64,000 nucleotides of DNA from Felis catus (Eukaryota): NCBI RefSeq assembly GCF_018350175.1, contig NC_058368.1:210926001-210990000 (forward strand), given 5' to 3'. This document shows, in pieces, positions 1 through 13,777 of this stretch (positions within the stretch are counted from its first letter, which is position 1; each line of letters opens with the position of its first letter). The translations under genes were made by a program, and so were the position numbers. Below the pieces are notes generated by a model. That model ran no database searches and had not been told where the DNA came from. It saw only the letters and a program-made list of their open reading frames with translations.

Positions 1-52
1 TGCACTGAGCATGGAACTTGCTTGTGATTCTCTATATCCCTCTGCCCCTCCC

Positions 53-100
<48 letters not shown>

Positions 101-105
101 AAAAA
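1..105 (+). mobile_element. CAN-SINE 3' part (window-truncated)
   Basis: tctgcccctcccc, (CT)n, A tail. Confidence 0.85.
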
Positions 106-648
106 TGTATATACTAAGTTGTATGTATATATAAATATATATATGTATATGTAACACATATATATATATGTAAATACTATTCCCACTGTTTTAAATACTT
201 CAGTCAATATTTTTGTGGTTATAGTGCCCATCATTGTAGTAACTTTAGTCAGAAATCACTGCAGAACCAGAGGTGTCCTTTTTGAAGAATCCCAGACTAA
301 TGAGACGACCAAGGGTGGAAAATTGGGAGCCAAAGTTCTACTCACAAGACTGTTCCCCTTCTAGTTACAACTTTTGCTAATCTGTCATCTACCTTGTGCT
401 TCAATTTTTCCAAACACCTTCAGCAACTTGCCACTTAAGTGCCTCATTGCCTCAATATCGACATCTACAAAACTGCTTCCCCCCGCTCCCCCCCCCCCAA
501 CCTGCTGCCCCGTTCTCTAAACTCACATCTCCTGGGGCTATTCATGGTATCATCAGTCACCCATGCACTCAGCCTAAAACCTACCTTGGGTTCATCTTCT
601 ACTTCACCTCTGCTCTTCTATGTGTTATTCATCATCAAGTTCTACTGC

Positions 649-1715
649 TTTTTTTTTTTGAAATTGAAATTAAATTCATATAACATAAAATGAACCATTG
701 TTAAAGCATACAATTCAGCAGCATTTAGTCCATTCACAGCGTTGTGCAACCACCACCTTCATCAAGTTCCAAAACACTTTCATCACCCCAAAGAGAACCC
801 ACATACCTAGTAAACAGTCACCTCCATTCCCCTCATCCCTGGCCCCTGGCCACCACTAATCTGCTTACTGTCTCTATGGATTTATCTATTCTGGATACTT
901 TACACAAATGGAGTCATACAGTATAAGACCTTTTGCATCTCGTTTCTTGTTTCTGGTTTTCATCTAAGTTTTTAAAGTTCATCCATGTTGTAGCATGTAT
1001 CAATATTTCATACCTTTTCCTGGCTAAATGATACTCCATTGCATGGATTACCACATTATGTGTATCCATTCATCTGTTGATGAGCATTTGGGTTGTTTCT
1101 ACCTTCAGACTATCACGAATAGTGCTGTTAGGAACATTCATGTACAAGTATTTGTTTGAGTGTCTGTTTTCAATTCTTCTGAGCATTTACTATCTTAGCA
1201 TTCTCCAGAGAAATCAAACCAATAGGTTTTTTTTCCACATAGACATATATAGAGAGAGAAAGATTTATTTTAAGGAATTGGCTCACATGATTTTGGGAGC
1301 TGGGAAGTCTGAAATTTGTAGGCCAGGCCAGGAGGTTGGAAGTTCAGGTAAGAACTGTAGTTTTGAGTCTAAGTTTTGCAGGTTGACACAAGGGAAACTC
1401 AGGCAAGGCTTGTTTCTGTGTTGCATACTTGAGGAGAATTCTTCTATGGGAATCCTCAGTCTTTGCTCTTAAGGCCTTCAAATGATTGAAGGGCCACTCC
1501 CATTATGAAGGGTAATCCGTTTTACTCAAAGTTTGATGATTTAAATGTGAATGACATTTGAAAAATACCTTCACAGCAACATCTAGACTGGCATTTGGCT
1601 AAATAATTGAGCACCAAACCCTAGCCAAGTTGACACATAAAATTGGCCATCATTTATACGTAGGAATAGAACTGGTGGGTCATACAGTAATTTGCTTAAC
1701 TTTTTGGGGAAATGC
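649..1715 (-). mobile_element. Old L1 (L1MA/MB-like) 3' end, interrupted by an MLT2 LTR
   Basis: tacaattcagcagcatttagt...ccatgttgtagcatgtatcaat...tccattcatctgttgatg; L1 resumes after ~1652. Confidence 0.85.
1190..1652. mobile_element. MLT2-type ERVL LTR
   Basis: ttctccagagaa...aaggaattggctcacatgatt...ccaagttgacacataaaatt. Confidence 0.85.
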
Positions 1716-3214
1716 TGCCTTTGTACATTCTAGGACCCAATATCCATCATGAGGAGGTGAGGCTCCCCACACCCCCAATTCTCAGACACCAGTAGGGTAT
1801 TTGCCGCTTCGGATGCCACTCACAAGTCCAGGTTGTTTCCTGTCCTTTTGACAAACTGGCTCAATTATTTTAGAACTTAGTTGGGAAATGAAATGTCCTT
1901 TATTGTATCCCTTACCTGAAGACGTTTCTGTAAAAATAATTCATATGATTGTATTAATTTTCTTTTATGACTAATCTGATCTTGCTATCATGCAAGAATC
2001 CATGCATTTGTTGGATGTATTTTATGGATGTGAGAGATCCCCCTTGTTAGCTAATACTATAGAACAAGGAATTGTATCATAAGTGCTTAAGCTGTTTGGT
2101 TAAAGCATTCATTATTACATTATCAAAAGGTGGATCAGCTCTGAATTTTGTACAAGAATTACAGTTGTAATTGTTTAACTTCTAAAAACTACTTTTGTAG
2201 GATTGGGGAAAGAGCCTGGTATGAGATTTTTCTTCCCTTAAATCAAAATGCTGCTTTTCTGAAACAAAATGAAAAATATAGGAAACATCTTAAAATGAGA
2301 GATTTCACAAGATTTGTGGGCAGGGGGAGGAAACTTTGAAGAGAGAAGTAGATTTAAGTAAATCTTCAATTTATTCTTTTTGAACTGATCCTTCATTATG
2401 TGGCTCAAAACAACAGTACTTTTATAAGAACTGCCCTTTCACACAGTCCCCCATATAATTGTATTTTCTGTTCTCACTAATTATGCTTTTCAGGTCCTTT
2501 GGTAATCTTCCCAAGTGATGAATATGTGTGTATCTTTCCCCTGTGACAAATTTTTTACTATGACAGGTATTTATTTAAATAAGATAATGTATTCTCTAGA
2601 CAGATCATTAGCAATGTGTGATGGCTGTGTATGCTTCAGAATACCCAGATGGTCAGGCATCTTATTGTGAATTTTCTTGCAAAACTTCAAGTTCAGGTTT
2701 CTAAACAGATAAACATTTCTAAGAGCCAGTCAGTCTTCATAGTTGTGTCCCATGTGTATTATGCCTGTCACACATCCCAGATTCTTCTATTTCCAGGCCC
2801 TTATAATTTTTCACCATGAATATCTCAACCATGCGATTACAAGTTTGATCCAGGGACACTGTCAGTTGTATGGGAGTTGTATGGGTATATTGAATACTAT
2901 CTATCATTGTTAACACCTCAGGTTATTAGCCACTCCTTATTATTTATTTTGAGGTTTGAATTTTACTTTTATATGTATTCTTAAATTATTTTGTTAGTGT
3001 ATTCAGGAATAATAATAGAACCAACTTCATAAGTTTATAGTAAGGATTTAATGAACTAATATATGTATTTAGAACACCTTAGCTATTATCCATATTATTA
3101 TTACAATCATTATTATCTGTCTTTGGGAGTGTAGATTATATTATTTTTATTAAATCTTGAGCTTAACAGGGTGAGCCTGAGTTTTAACCTGGATTTATCA
3201 GCCTCATGAATATA

Positions 3215-3655
3215 TTACTTAGGTTGGGCTGTCATAGCCCAAACAGATCAGATGACTTAAGCAATAGACATTTATTTTCTCACAGTTTTAGAAGCTGGAA
3301 CTCCAAGGTCAAGGTGCCAGCACAGTTAGTTTCTGATGAGATCTCTCCTCCTGGCTTGTAAATGACTACCTTCTTGCTATGTGCTCACATGACATCTTCT
3401 TTGTAAGAGCTCTGAGACAGAGGGAGAGACAGACGGACAGACAGACACAGAAACACAAAGACAGAGACAGAGTCAGAGACACAGAGAGAGACAAAGTTTT
3501 CTGATGACTCTTTTTAGAAGAGCAGTAACCCAGACCTCACTCTCATGACCTCATCTAAACCTACGTCCCAGAGGCCCCACCTCCAAGTACTACCCCACCG
3601 GGGGGTGTGGCATTCACGTACAAATTTTGTGAGGGACACAATTCAGTCCATAGCA
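3215..3655 (-). mobile_element. MaLR MLT1A-like LTR
   Basis: atttattttctcacagttttagaagctggaa...gggacacaattcagtccatagca. Confidence 0.8.
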
Positions 3656-4628
3656 ATGAACCTGGCAATATTTATCCTCTCTAGGCTGAATTTCTCAATT
3701 TGTAAAATGTAGATTACAACACAACAGAGTCACTGAGTCACTTAAGTGATCATTTTCATCTTCTGCTTGTTTGTGTCATTTTGCGAGGATATCCCCCATA
3801 CAGACACATATGGTTTCTCTCATAAGAACAATTATGACACAATCTCCAAAGAGCAAATGTCTCCTCTATTCTTTTTGTCTTTTTGTTCTGCCTGTTTTGC
3901 TTTCCAATTCCTGCCCGATGTAGCCTCAGCCTATCTTTTCAGCCATGTAGTACCCTCTACTTCCCCCATGTGAAGTACCTTCCAGCCAGATCAGATCACT
4001 CTACCTTGGTGCTCTGGTTGCCTAGAATATGCTATTTAACCAACTCTATAAAACTTTTTAAATCTGTCTTTAGAAATAAAATTTCCTCCTAGAGTATCAA
4101 CAGCACTTCGGGTCATCCTTACAGATTTTTTTTTTCATCTGCTTTGTATTATACTTTTGTGTCATCATAGCTTATGTCCTTATTGGTAAAGAGCCCTTTG
4201 AGTGAAAGACAAATCAGATATTCTCCCACAGATGTAGCACACATGACCATTCACTTCATCAATGAATTGAAACTACTGAAGGGACGAGTCCTGGATCTCC
4301 TTTGTACTTTTATTGCAAAAGAGATGACTATTTTCATTATAATGAAAGAAACACCATGAAACACCAAACACCAAAGAAAACACCATGAAGGGGGTGGCCC
4401 ATTCAACTTTTGACTATTCAAGAAGCAGCAATTATATACACAAAGTTGATGTCTTCACTTCAATTATAATCAAGTGTTCATTAAAGTAAGTTCCCGGAAG
4501 CTCAGTTTCAAGCAACTGCTCATCAGTTTAGGTTGCCATTTGCAGATACTTAAATTCAGTACAAATATATTACATACATCTAGCCCTTAAGAGTTCACAA
4601 AGTATTTCCATGTACATGATTTCTTTTG

Positions 4629-4707
4629 ATGAGCCCTGTGAAATGGACACGAGGCCCCGTGAAATGGACAAAATTACATTACATGAGCCCTATGAAATGG
4701 GCAAAAT
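4629..4707. repeat. Three imperfect copies of gagccctgtgaaatggaca
   Basis: Visible directly. Confidence 0.8.
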
Positions 4708-4894
4708 AATTATTTTTAAATCAACTCTGTAGAACAAAAATCCAAGTTTACAAGGATGGGACCTGTCTAAGGTCACAAACTAATACAAACTGAAACCAGG
4801 CCTAAATTTCAGATACTTCTGCTCCTAATCTGCTCTCTGTGAAACATAGTATCTCTCACCACACAACATGCCTTAAAAATTATTCCATAATCCA

Positions 4895-5094
4895 GGGTAC
4901 CTGGGTGGCTCAGTAGGTTGAGTGTCCAACTTTGGCTCAGGTCATGCTCTCCTGGTTCATGAGTTTGAGCCCTGCACAGGGCTCATTGCTGTCAGCACAG
5001 AGCCCGCTTCAGATCTTTTGTCCCCCTCTCTCACTGCCCCTCCCCTGCTTGTGCTGTCTCTTTCTCAAAATATAAACAAACATTAAAAAAAAAA
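4895..5094 (+). mobile_element. CAN-SINE
   Basis: tRNA-like head, CT region, A tail; TSD ...ttccataatc. Confidence 0.93.
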
Positions 5095-6661
5095 CTTCCA
5101 TAATCGATATATTTTAATAAATCAGACTAGGGTCTTCTTCCCCTTAATCAGTATGTGAATTTTTATTACACTCTGAGTTTTCACCTGATTAAGCCTTCGG
5201 TGGAACAGACTATATGTGATTGTAAAATACTCGGGGAAAATCCTAATGTAATTAGGCCAATCCTTTTTTTCCAGTGTGTTTTTCTATTACTTAAGTAAAA
5301 TGCTTTACTGCATTTACCCAGTATATTCAATCTATAAAAATACATCATCTTCCTATTATCTATTTATTTAAAATAAAAAACTTTGAAATCCTGCTAAATA
5401 GTTTAAATTGCTTAATTTCACATAAATTCTAACATTGCTTTCCTGCAGAACACATCAGTTAAAATGAACTTGAACTATCACACACTAGTTTGTTTCTCAT
5501 TAAAATTTAACAATATTTGATCAAAGCGTCTAAATTTCATAGACTGTAAGCATTTCTCATTGGTGTATTTGCTAATAATTGGTTTGCTTGGCTCTGGGCT
5601 ATTGTTTCTTTCTATTTTTCCTTATAAATTGGTGGTCAAGCTTTGTAATAAAAAAAAAAAACCACTGTTTGTTTAGTAATACTAATTACAATTTCCCCTG
5701 AGTGATAATTTTGATTCTATTTCTCCAAGGAAAACTCACCATATTTAGCAACTTTTTTTTTTTTTTTTTGAATCCTTAAACTACCCCCATTAACTACATG
5801 CAGATGGAATTCATTCGGTGCTTTTCTCTAGAAGACATTGTTCAGTTCACTTACTGTAGTGAATGCTCTGGTCAATGTGATTCTAAGTGTTTATGAGCGT
5901 GACCCTGTTTGCCTGAAAGCCTGTGCTAACCTTTTATACTGTGTCAGTACAAATAACCTTCTCCTGGTGGTTAAAAGCCTTGCTCTGTACTTACAAGTTT
6001 TTGACTTGGCTTCTTGCCAGGGCATCAATTAGGGCTTGTTTCTTCAGTGTCAGGGCCAGGGCACCCACCCATTTATGACAGGGAAAGAAAGCCCTTCATA
6101 TGATAAGTGCTCCTTCATTTAGATTCCAAGATCATATTTTCCATTGAGTCTCCAATGAAGTTGCATCTGCTATACTCTAGAGCCAAAGCTCTTAGAAACA
6201 GAATTCAAAGAATTGATGTCAAGAATAGCGTAATAATACTTTCAGTGGTAAATGAAAACAGGCATGGCCCAGCTTCCAGACATTCTGAATGTCTTGTGGC
6301 TGCATGATTTAAAGATCCCAAATAAACACCCGGTGAGAGTGATAAGTCATAGAAAGATGGAAAATTTAGGTTCTGATGATGTGGAGTAGTCCTAGTACCT
6401 GGAAAACAAAGGTAGCAGATCTGGGAACCTGGCATCAAAGCATCAGGATGATGACACTAATGAAGACTAATCTCAACCAGCTTCTGATTCTGAAAGTACA
6501 AGAGACTATCCTTTCCCACCTGGCTCTTTACTCCCAAAGGCTGCGTTGAACCGCATATCCTGAAAGCCCGTTACACCGATCTTCCTAGTGGAGCAGGAAA
6601 TGCTTCTTTGCAGTCCATTTGCACCTGGAACGCTATCACCTTAGAAACCCCATATTTAACC

Positions 6662-6850
6662 GGGACTCTAGGTGGCTCAGTCAGTTAAGTATCTGACTCT
6701 GGATTTCAGCTCAGTTCCTGATCTCATGGTTTGTGAGACTGAGCCCTGCGTCAGGCGTCCTGACAGTGCAGAGCTTGCTTGGGATTCTCTCTCTACCTTG
6801 CTCTCTGTCCCCGTGCTCTTTTTCTCCCAAAATAAATAAACATAAAAAAA
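6662..6850 (+). mobile_element. CAN-SINE
   Basis: ggtggctcagtcagttaag head, A tail. Confidence 0.9.
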
Positions 6851-6860
6851 GAGAAATCCT

Positions 6861-7092
6861 GGGGTGCCTGGGTGGCTCAGTCGGTTGGGTATCAGACTTG
6901 GGCTCAGGTCATGAGCTCACAGTCTGTGAGTTTGAGCCCCTCATCGGGCTCCGTGCTGCCAGCTCCGAGCCTGGATCCTGCCTCGGATTCTGTGTCTCCC
7001 TCTCTCTCTCTCTGCCCCTCCCCTGCTCATGCTCTGTCTCTCTCTGTCTCAAAAATAAGTCAAAACATTAAAAAAAATTTTTTTTAAAAAAA
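6861..7092 (+). mobile_element. CAN-SINE inserted at the tail of the previous SINE
   Basis: Has its own TSD aaaaaagagaaatcc on both sides. Confidence 0.93.
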
Positions 7093-7390
7093 GAGAAATC
7101 CCATAGTTAAGTAAACACCATTCTAAAAATAAAGTGGATATAGGGCTTCGATAAAATATAAACTCTTTTTTATTGTTGGGAAGACCACATACAGACTGAA
7201 ATGTGAAAACACATGTACAGACGTGCAACTGGAAACGCAGGCTGTGTGTTCTGTGTCATGTAAGCAACACTCATTTCAACAAGTTAAAAACAGCATGGAC
7301 AAGAGCACAGCTGTCATTGAAGCTGCTTCCCAGGAACCACAATCTGTATAGATATTTGTAGCTTTTTGAAAGAGGAAAATGTTCTTAGTC

Positions 7391-7592
7391 TTTTTTTTTA
7401 AATGTTTATTTTTGAGAGAGAGAGAGAAAGAGTGTAAGCAAGGGACGGGCAGAGAGAGAGGGGAACAGAGGATCCAAAGCAGGCTTTGTGCCGTCAGCAG
7501 AAAGCCCGGTGCCGGTGGACGCTCACGAATGGTGAGATCATGACCTAAGCTGAAGTCAGATGCTTAACCCGATTGAGCCACCCAGGTGCCCC
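7391..7592 (-). mobile_element. CAN-SINE
   Basis: T tail, GA repeat, ends gagccacccaggtgcccc. Confidence 0.92.
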
Positions 7593-7974
7593 AGTATGTA
7601 CTTAATATTTAAGGATGTTGCTGATAGGAATTTAAGACTGAACCATAAGCATACCTAACAATTCCAAGGTTACATGACGGAGGCATGAGTCTTCTAGAAA
7701 CTCTGTTACCTACATGAGAAGAAAATTGCAAGAACATATGGAGTTTGGTTAGACTTTGGTGTTGCCTCACAATCCTTGGAAGGCAGTAATGAAGTCAATT
7801 CTTTAAGAGTCATATGTGATATTCCAGCATGCTTTTCCTTACCAAGATGCTAACTGATTACTCAACCGTATGTATATTTTACCAAAAACATCGGTTAATG
7901 TCTGCTGAGCCCCCAGATGCCCTCCATGATGGCCTCCGATGAACTCTGGCTCCTGGGATTTATGGATATTGTGG

Positions 7975-8386
7975 AAATGATAGTGTGTGACCTCCAAGGC
8001 CAGGTCATGAAAAACATTGCAGCATCTGCCTTGCTCTCTTGGATCACTCTGGGGAAAGCCATGCTGTAAGGACATTCAAACAACCCTCTAGAGAAGCCCG
8101 CATGATGAGGAGCTGAGGCCTCCTGCCAACAAGGAGCATTGACTTACCAGCCATGTGAGTGAGCTACCTTGGAAGTGGGTTCTCCAGCCCCTGGCACCTT
8201 CAAGATCTGCACTTCTGCCTTCCGTCTTGACCACAAACTCAGGAGAGACTCTGTGCCATATCTTCCCAACAAAGGTGTTCCCTGATTCCTGACTCACAGA
8301 AATTGCATGAGATAATACATATTTATGGTTTTAAGACACGACATTTTGGGGAAATAGTCTGTGCAGCAGCAGATAACTGCTAATAT
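7975..8386 (+). mobile_element. MaLR MLT1E/F-like LTR
   Basis: gaggagctgaggcctcctgccaac...gcagcagcagataactgctaata. Confidence 0.75.
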
Positions 8387-9586
8387 AAACATGGAATGTA
8401 ATGCTCTCCACAAACCCAGTTTATAAAAAATTTACTTCAGACCAGGACCCTCCCAGACCCTCTTCATGATGCCAGAGCCCAAGTAACAAGAGAACAAATG
8501 GAAAACATGGGGATCGTGAGGCATTGTTCCAATTCCCTCTTAGTAACTTGGTTCCAGCGATGAAAGGAACCAGAAATATCCCGCTGGTTACTCTGCTTCC
8601 CTCTCTGTGGTGATGAACACCATTTAAATGGCAGCTGAATTTCAAGGAGACTAGAAATTTTTGTTCTGCGATTAAACATAATGTGCTCCAAAATTTTTGC
8701 TTGAGTGCCCAAAGTTTCCAACTACATCACTGGGTAATTCAGAGGTGATAGGGCTGGTGAGATGGCAAATATTTAACAACACCACTCTGGAAATGGCTGA
8801 GAAAGAGCAACATAAGTGGCTGAGTCACGGCCTAAGGGTAGAGAAGGCCAGTCCATGTCAAGTTCATGGCAGAGCCCTTGGCCCTCACTTCAGGTCCTAG
8901 GCAGCACTCTTGCTGAGCTGTTGTGCCTGGTGTGGGGAGCCAGGCGAGACCAGGGCTGCAGGTGCAATAAGGCATGTGGCTGGCTGGGGAGACAGGCAGT
9001 GAAAAATCAAAGAGGATACTGCAGAAGGAGGTTCCAAAGGCAAAAAAAAAAAAAAAAAAAAAAAAAAAGAGTAGCCTATAACTGAAAGAGGCATACATTT
9101 GGAGAAGACTCAAGGGATTGTAGAAGAACATAGCCATTACCTGAAACAAGGGAGGACTGTAACACGTGCAGTTGCCAGTAGGAAAGACTTCCAGAGTAGG
9201 TGGAGAGAAAGGGAGCATACCAGCCCTGGTGAAAAGGAGTGATACCAGATGGATGCTATGCCCAGATGGAGAACTTTTAAAACATCTGAGAACAGAGCAC
9301 ATGGGGAGTAGCTAAAGAAAACACAAGACAACATCCCAACAACCAATAGGATTAGACCTTCACAGCAAAGTGCTCCTAGTCCCCCAAGGAAGGTTAGTCT
9401 TCTAGGGTGTGAATGCTTGTCTTGAGGGGCCCTGGACAGAGTTTCATTAAATGGCAGCCTCTCAACAGTCAACCCTATTGTACTGATTAAACAATACAAA
9501 TGAAACAGAAACATCCTTGATAGCCTATCTGAAGAAAACAAATAATTCCTTCACATGGCCAAGAAATTTCTTAAGAGAAGAACTTG

Positions 9587-10012
9587 AGGGGCACCTGGGT
9601 GGCTTGGTCTGTTGAGCATCCGACTCTTTTTTTTTTTTTTTTTTTCAGCGTTTTTATTTATTTTTGGGACAGAGAGAGACAGAGCATGAACGGGGGAGGG
9701 GCAGAGAGAGAGGGAGACACAGAATCGGAAACAGGCTCCAGGCTCCGAGCCATCAGCCCAGAGCCCGACGCGGGGCTCGAACTCACGGACCGCGAGATCG
9801 TGACCTGGCTGAAGTCGGACGCTTAACCGACTGCGCCACCCAGGCGCCCCTAGCATCCGACTCTTGATGTCAGCTCAGGTCATGATCTCATGGTAGTGAG
9901 ACCAAGCCCTGATTTGGGGCATAGAGCCTGCCTCAATCCTCTCTCTTCCTCTCTCTTTGCTTCTCCCCACTGCTCATGCTGTCTCTCTCTCTCTCTCTCT
10001 CTCTCTCAAAAA
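9587..10012 (+). mobile_element. Older CAN-SINE split by the nested SINE
   Basis: ggggcacctgggtggct head resumes after 9865 as tcagctcaggtcatgatctc, then CT repeat and A tail. Confidence 0.9.
9629..9850 (-). mobile_element. Young felid CAN-SINE nested in an older SINE
   Basis: TSD agcatccgactctt at 9615-9628 and 9852-9865; pure T run; CpGs intact. Confidence 0.97.
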
Positions 10013-10589
10013 GAGAGAGAGAGAGAACTTATCTGTGACATCTGTGGTTGCTCAGCTGCCTGCCCTAAGCCTGAAATGTAATCAGCATTCAATAAATATT
10101 TATGCAAACAGAAAAATGAAATTTAATAATTTGGTTGGTCAGATCATTATGCCTCTGTTTTCAAACCCCCTGAGAATCTTAGCAGCTACAAAGTTTTTGC
10201 TTTGGGCTTTGGGTGGTTTTGATTTGCTTCTGCAACAGTTGCTGGAAATGTTCCAGCTGGAATAAACAATGTTCTGTCTTCACCCCTCCGGGCCTCAGAC
10301 TGTTCACATGGAACTAGATGACCCCCAGCCCCGTGCAGCTCGGCTCTTAGTTCCACGTAGTTGCTGCATATTGCAAGTGGAAACTCTGAGGATTTCCTCA
10401 GAGCACACAATTAGTGGAGAATGCAACTAGGTTCAAACACTGACTCCTTGCCTACAGCCAAGTCCTCCTTCTATCCTACAACCTTATCAATAAACCCATC
10501 TCTACAAGTAGCCCTACTACTGATCGTGGCCCCCAAATCAGCAGGAGGTCACCAATGCGGCATGAGTTCTCTGTGAAATGTCAAAGAGC

Positions 10590-10716
10590 TAGTAGCATCC
10601 CTGGCCAGTCTACCGTTAGATGCCAGTAGCACCCCTCCCTGAATTGTGACAACTAAAACTGTGTTCAGAATTTGCCAAATGTCCCTTGACTGGCAAAATT
10701 ACCCCTGGTTAAGACC
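10590..10716. mobile_element. MER3-like hAT-Charlie MITE fragment
   Basis: agcatccctggcc...tagatgccagtagcacccc...tgccaaatgtccc. Confidence 0.7.
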
Positions 10717-11004
10717 TTTATATTAGTCTTGTCTTTTATATGGCTTGATCTCTTTACGTCTCAATTCCAATCCACAATTTGTATGTGTATCACTCAAGAA
10801 TAATAATGCCATTTACAATTCATTTTTCATATATTAACCCACTTGAACTTCATAGAAATCCTGTAAAATAGTCTCAGCCTATTTTAATGCTGTGTGAGAG
10901 CAAAGGTCAAAGAAGTTGAGTGATTTGTCCGAAAGCATTCAGCAAATAATTGGGAGAAGTTGAGATGAATCCTAACCTTCGGCCTGTCAATCTCTTGCTG
11001 TATC

Positions 11005-11234
11005 CTGGTTATTCTCAACCTGGGGGGGGGGGGGGGAGTTGCCCCCCAGGGAACATGTGGCAGTGTCTGGAGACCTTTCTGGTTGTCATAGGTGTGTGGA
11101 GAATATCACCGGATCTTCTGGTAGAGGCCAGGACTGCTGCTCGACATCCTACAAAGCACAAGACAGCCACCCTCTACCTCCCAATGAAGAATTATCCTCC
11201 CAAATGGCAGGACTGTGGAGGCTGAGAAAGGCTG
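11005..11234. mobile_element. MER20 hAT-Charlie element
   Basis: ttctcaacct...ggcagtgtctggagac...gtagaggccaggactgctgct...gaggctgagaaa. Confidence 0.8.
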
Positions 11235-12226
11235 ATATATCTGCTGAGCTACATTGTCTCTTAACCACCTACAACTGTTCTCTGACTTTTTCCTACCCTT
11301 TAGCTAACGTTCTTTTGCAGTTATAAAGATATATTGAAGCCATAAATTGATAGTAGCTCACATTTCAAGGAACTTAAATCATGCTAAGTTTAATTTTTAA
11401 GTGTAATAAATCTGTCTCTCTTCTCTATTATTTTTAATGTACTTTCCTACTTAAAATCTATGTTGGTAAAAAAAAAGTGTAGAGAGAAATTTTTATTTTC
11501 TTAGACTTGGAAAGTAATTTTGGAACACGGGAATGTCAAAAGGGAAAGAAAAAAAATGGTAAATACTTTGAAGTCTAAATAGGATTTTTATAACTTGATT
11601 ATTGATGAAATATTTATAAAATATCTGAGGGCCAGTATAGAAGTTCTGTTTTTCAACCTTGACCTAGAAATATTGTAAACAGGGGAAATATCAAAAAGAA
11701 CTTTTTTAGTGACACTGGAGGAAGAACAACAACTTTTTAAATGAGAGCATACAAATTGAATCTTAGAATGTGTATAACCTATTAGCACTGCCTTATTTCA
11801 TTTATTAATATGCACTTAAGATTCATGAATAAAACTGCCATAAACATTCACAGTCAGGTTTTTCTGAATACTTACATTTTCAAGTCAGCTAGGTAAATAT
11901 CTAACATGAGAATCATCAAATTGTATGGTAAGACTATGTCGCTCTATAAGACAGCGTTAAACTGTCCTCCAAGATGGCTTCACCTTTTTATGTCCTGACC
12001 AATGATGAACGCTGCTCCGTATCTCCACTAGCAATTGGTATTATTGGTATTTTGGATTTTAACCCTTCTAACAAGTGTGTATCATTCCCAATTCCTCTTT
12101 CCTGTCTACTGTAGCATTATCATTCACTTCACTTTTCCATCTGTGTTAATCACCCAATACATTTTTTTACTGTTACTCTTTAAGCAAAGGGCAAAGAGTC
12201 TAGATTCATTAAGAATGAGATAATTA

Positions 12227-12430
12227 GGGGTACCCGGGTGGCTCAGTCAGTTAAGTGTCTGACTCTTGGTTTCAGCTCAGGTCATGATCTCACGATTTGT
12301 TGAGTTCGAGCCCCGTGTCGGGCTGTGCACTGACAGCAGGTCTGCTTGGGATTCTCTCTCTCACTCTCTCTGCCCCTTCCCCCACTTGCGCTGTCTCTGT
12401 CTCTCTCAAAATAAATAAATAAACTTAAAA
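12227..12430 (+). mobile_element. CAN-SINE
   Basis: Canonical head and tail; TSD aagaatgaga. Confidence 0.93.
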
Positions 12431-12908
12431 GAATGAGAGAGTTAAGACCTTATTCTACCTTAATGTATTACTTCAGTGTTGCTCTTCCTGTGTTTAGGTA
12501 GATCGAAGTCTCTGATCTTTATCACTTTCCTTCCACCTAAAGAGCAACATCCAGCATTTATTGCAGGCAGGTCTGCTGGTGATGAATTCCCTGTTTTTGT
12601 TGGTCTGAGAAAGTCCTCATTTATTCTTTACTTTCGAAGGATAATTTTGATAGAATGGAATTCTAAATTGGGGTTTTTTCTTTCAACATTTCAAAGTTTT
12701 CACTCATTGTCTTCTTTCTTTCAGTTATACTTATCCTGCTTTGTATAATCTGAGCTTCCTAAATTTGCGGCTTGGGGTCTGTTATTAATGTGGGAAGGTT
12801 CCTGGCCATTATTACTTCAAATATTTCTTCTTCTTCATTCTTTCTTCCTCTTCCATCTGCTATTCCAATTGTGTGCATGTTGTATCTTTAGAAATTGTCC
12901 CACCATTC

Positions 12909-13105
12909 TTTTTTTTTTTTTAAGTTTATTTATTTGTTTCAAGAGAGAAAAAGAGAGCATGAGCTAGGGAGGGCAGAGTGAGAAGGAGAAAGAGAATCCC
13001 AAGCAGGCTCAGCCCGACACAGGGCTCAAACCTATGAACTGTGTGATCATGACCTGAGCCGAAATCAAGTCAGACACTCAACCAACTGAACCACTCAGGC
13101 ACTCC
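12909..13105 (-). mobile_element. CAN-SINE
   Basis: Canonical structure; TSD tgtccca(c/t)cattct. Confidence 0.9.
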
Positions 13106-13730
13106 GTGTCCCATCATTCTCATATGTTCTATTTGCTGTTTTGTTTTGCTTTTTTAATTTTTTAATTTGAATTTCACCTTGAGAAGTTTCTATTGACCTG
13201 TCACCAAACTCACTGATTTGATTCCCCATGGCCAAGGCAGTATATTGATGAGCACATCAAAGACATTCTTCATTTCTGTTGCTGTGCTGTTGCTTTCTAG
13301 CATTTTCTTTACATTGTTTTTTAAAGTGCACATCTCTCTGCTTACATTACCCATCTGTTCTTAATATGTTGTCTACTTTTTCCAGTAGAGACTTTAACAT
13401 ATTTATCACCGTTGTTTCAAATCCCTTGTCTTATAATTCTAAAGTCTATAACACATCTGAGTTTGGTTTGATGATTTGGCTCTTCGGGCTGTGGGTTTCT
13501 TTCCTTGCCTTTTAGCATGTTTTTTCTTTTCTTTTTTTTTTTGAAAGCCAGTAAACTCCAATGCTTTTTAGCTGTAAGACCTTAGATGCTTTGCTCAGCC
13601 ACTCTGAACTCCAGTCACCTCATCTCTAGAACAGGGGGAAATAAAACAATATAAATGTATTGTGAGGATTGCTTAGAAATAAGGTCGTGCGCAAAGGGTG
13701 AGACTGATGGCAGCCACGGTGAGGTCCGTG

Positions 13731-13777
13731 GTTCAACCATTCTTGGATTAATCAGTTCAACCATTCTTGGTTTAATC
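13731..13777. repeat. Tandem duplication, period 24
   Basis: gttcaaccattcttgg(a/t)ttaatc x2. Confidence 0.9.

Larger units (their letters stand above)
11830..13550 (-). mobile_element. Fragments of old L1M elements
   Basis: T-rich antisense L1-like phrases (ggccattattacttcaaatatttcttc; gaaggataatttt). Confidence 0.6.

Noticed and set aside
2494..2566. Possible 73-nt exon (ttttcag...cag|gtattt)
   Set aside because: Weak donor and no recognisable peptide; expected by chance.
6662..7101. Tandem SINE pair as another composite element
   Set aside because: The second SINE has its own TSD (aaaaaagagaaatcc), so this is ordinary sequential insertion.
9551..9867. Near-identical ORFs recurring at ~9.6, 41.0, 48.4 and 48.9 kb (e.g. 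WDRERQSMNGGGAEREGDTESETGSRL)
   Set aside because: Translations of young CAN-SINE copies, not a gene family.
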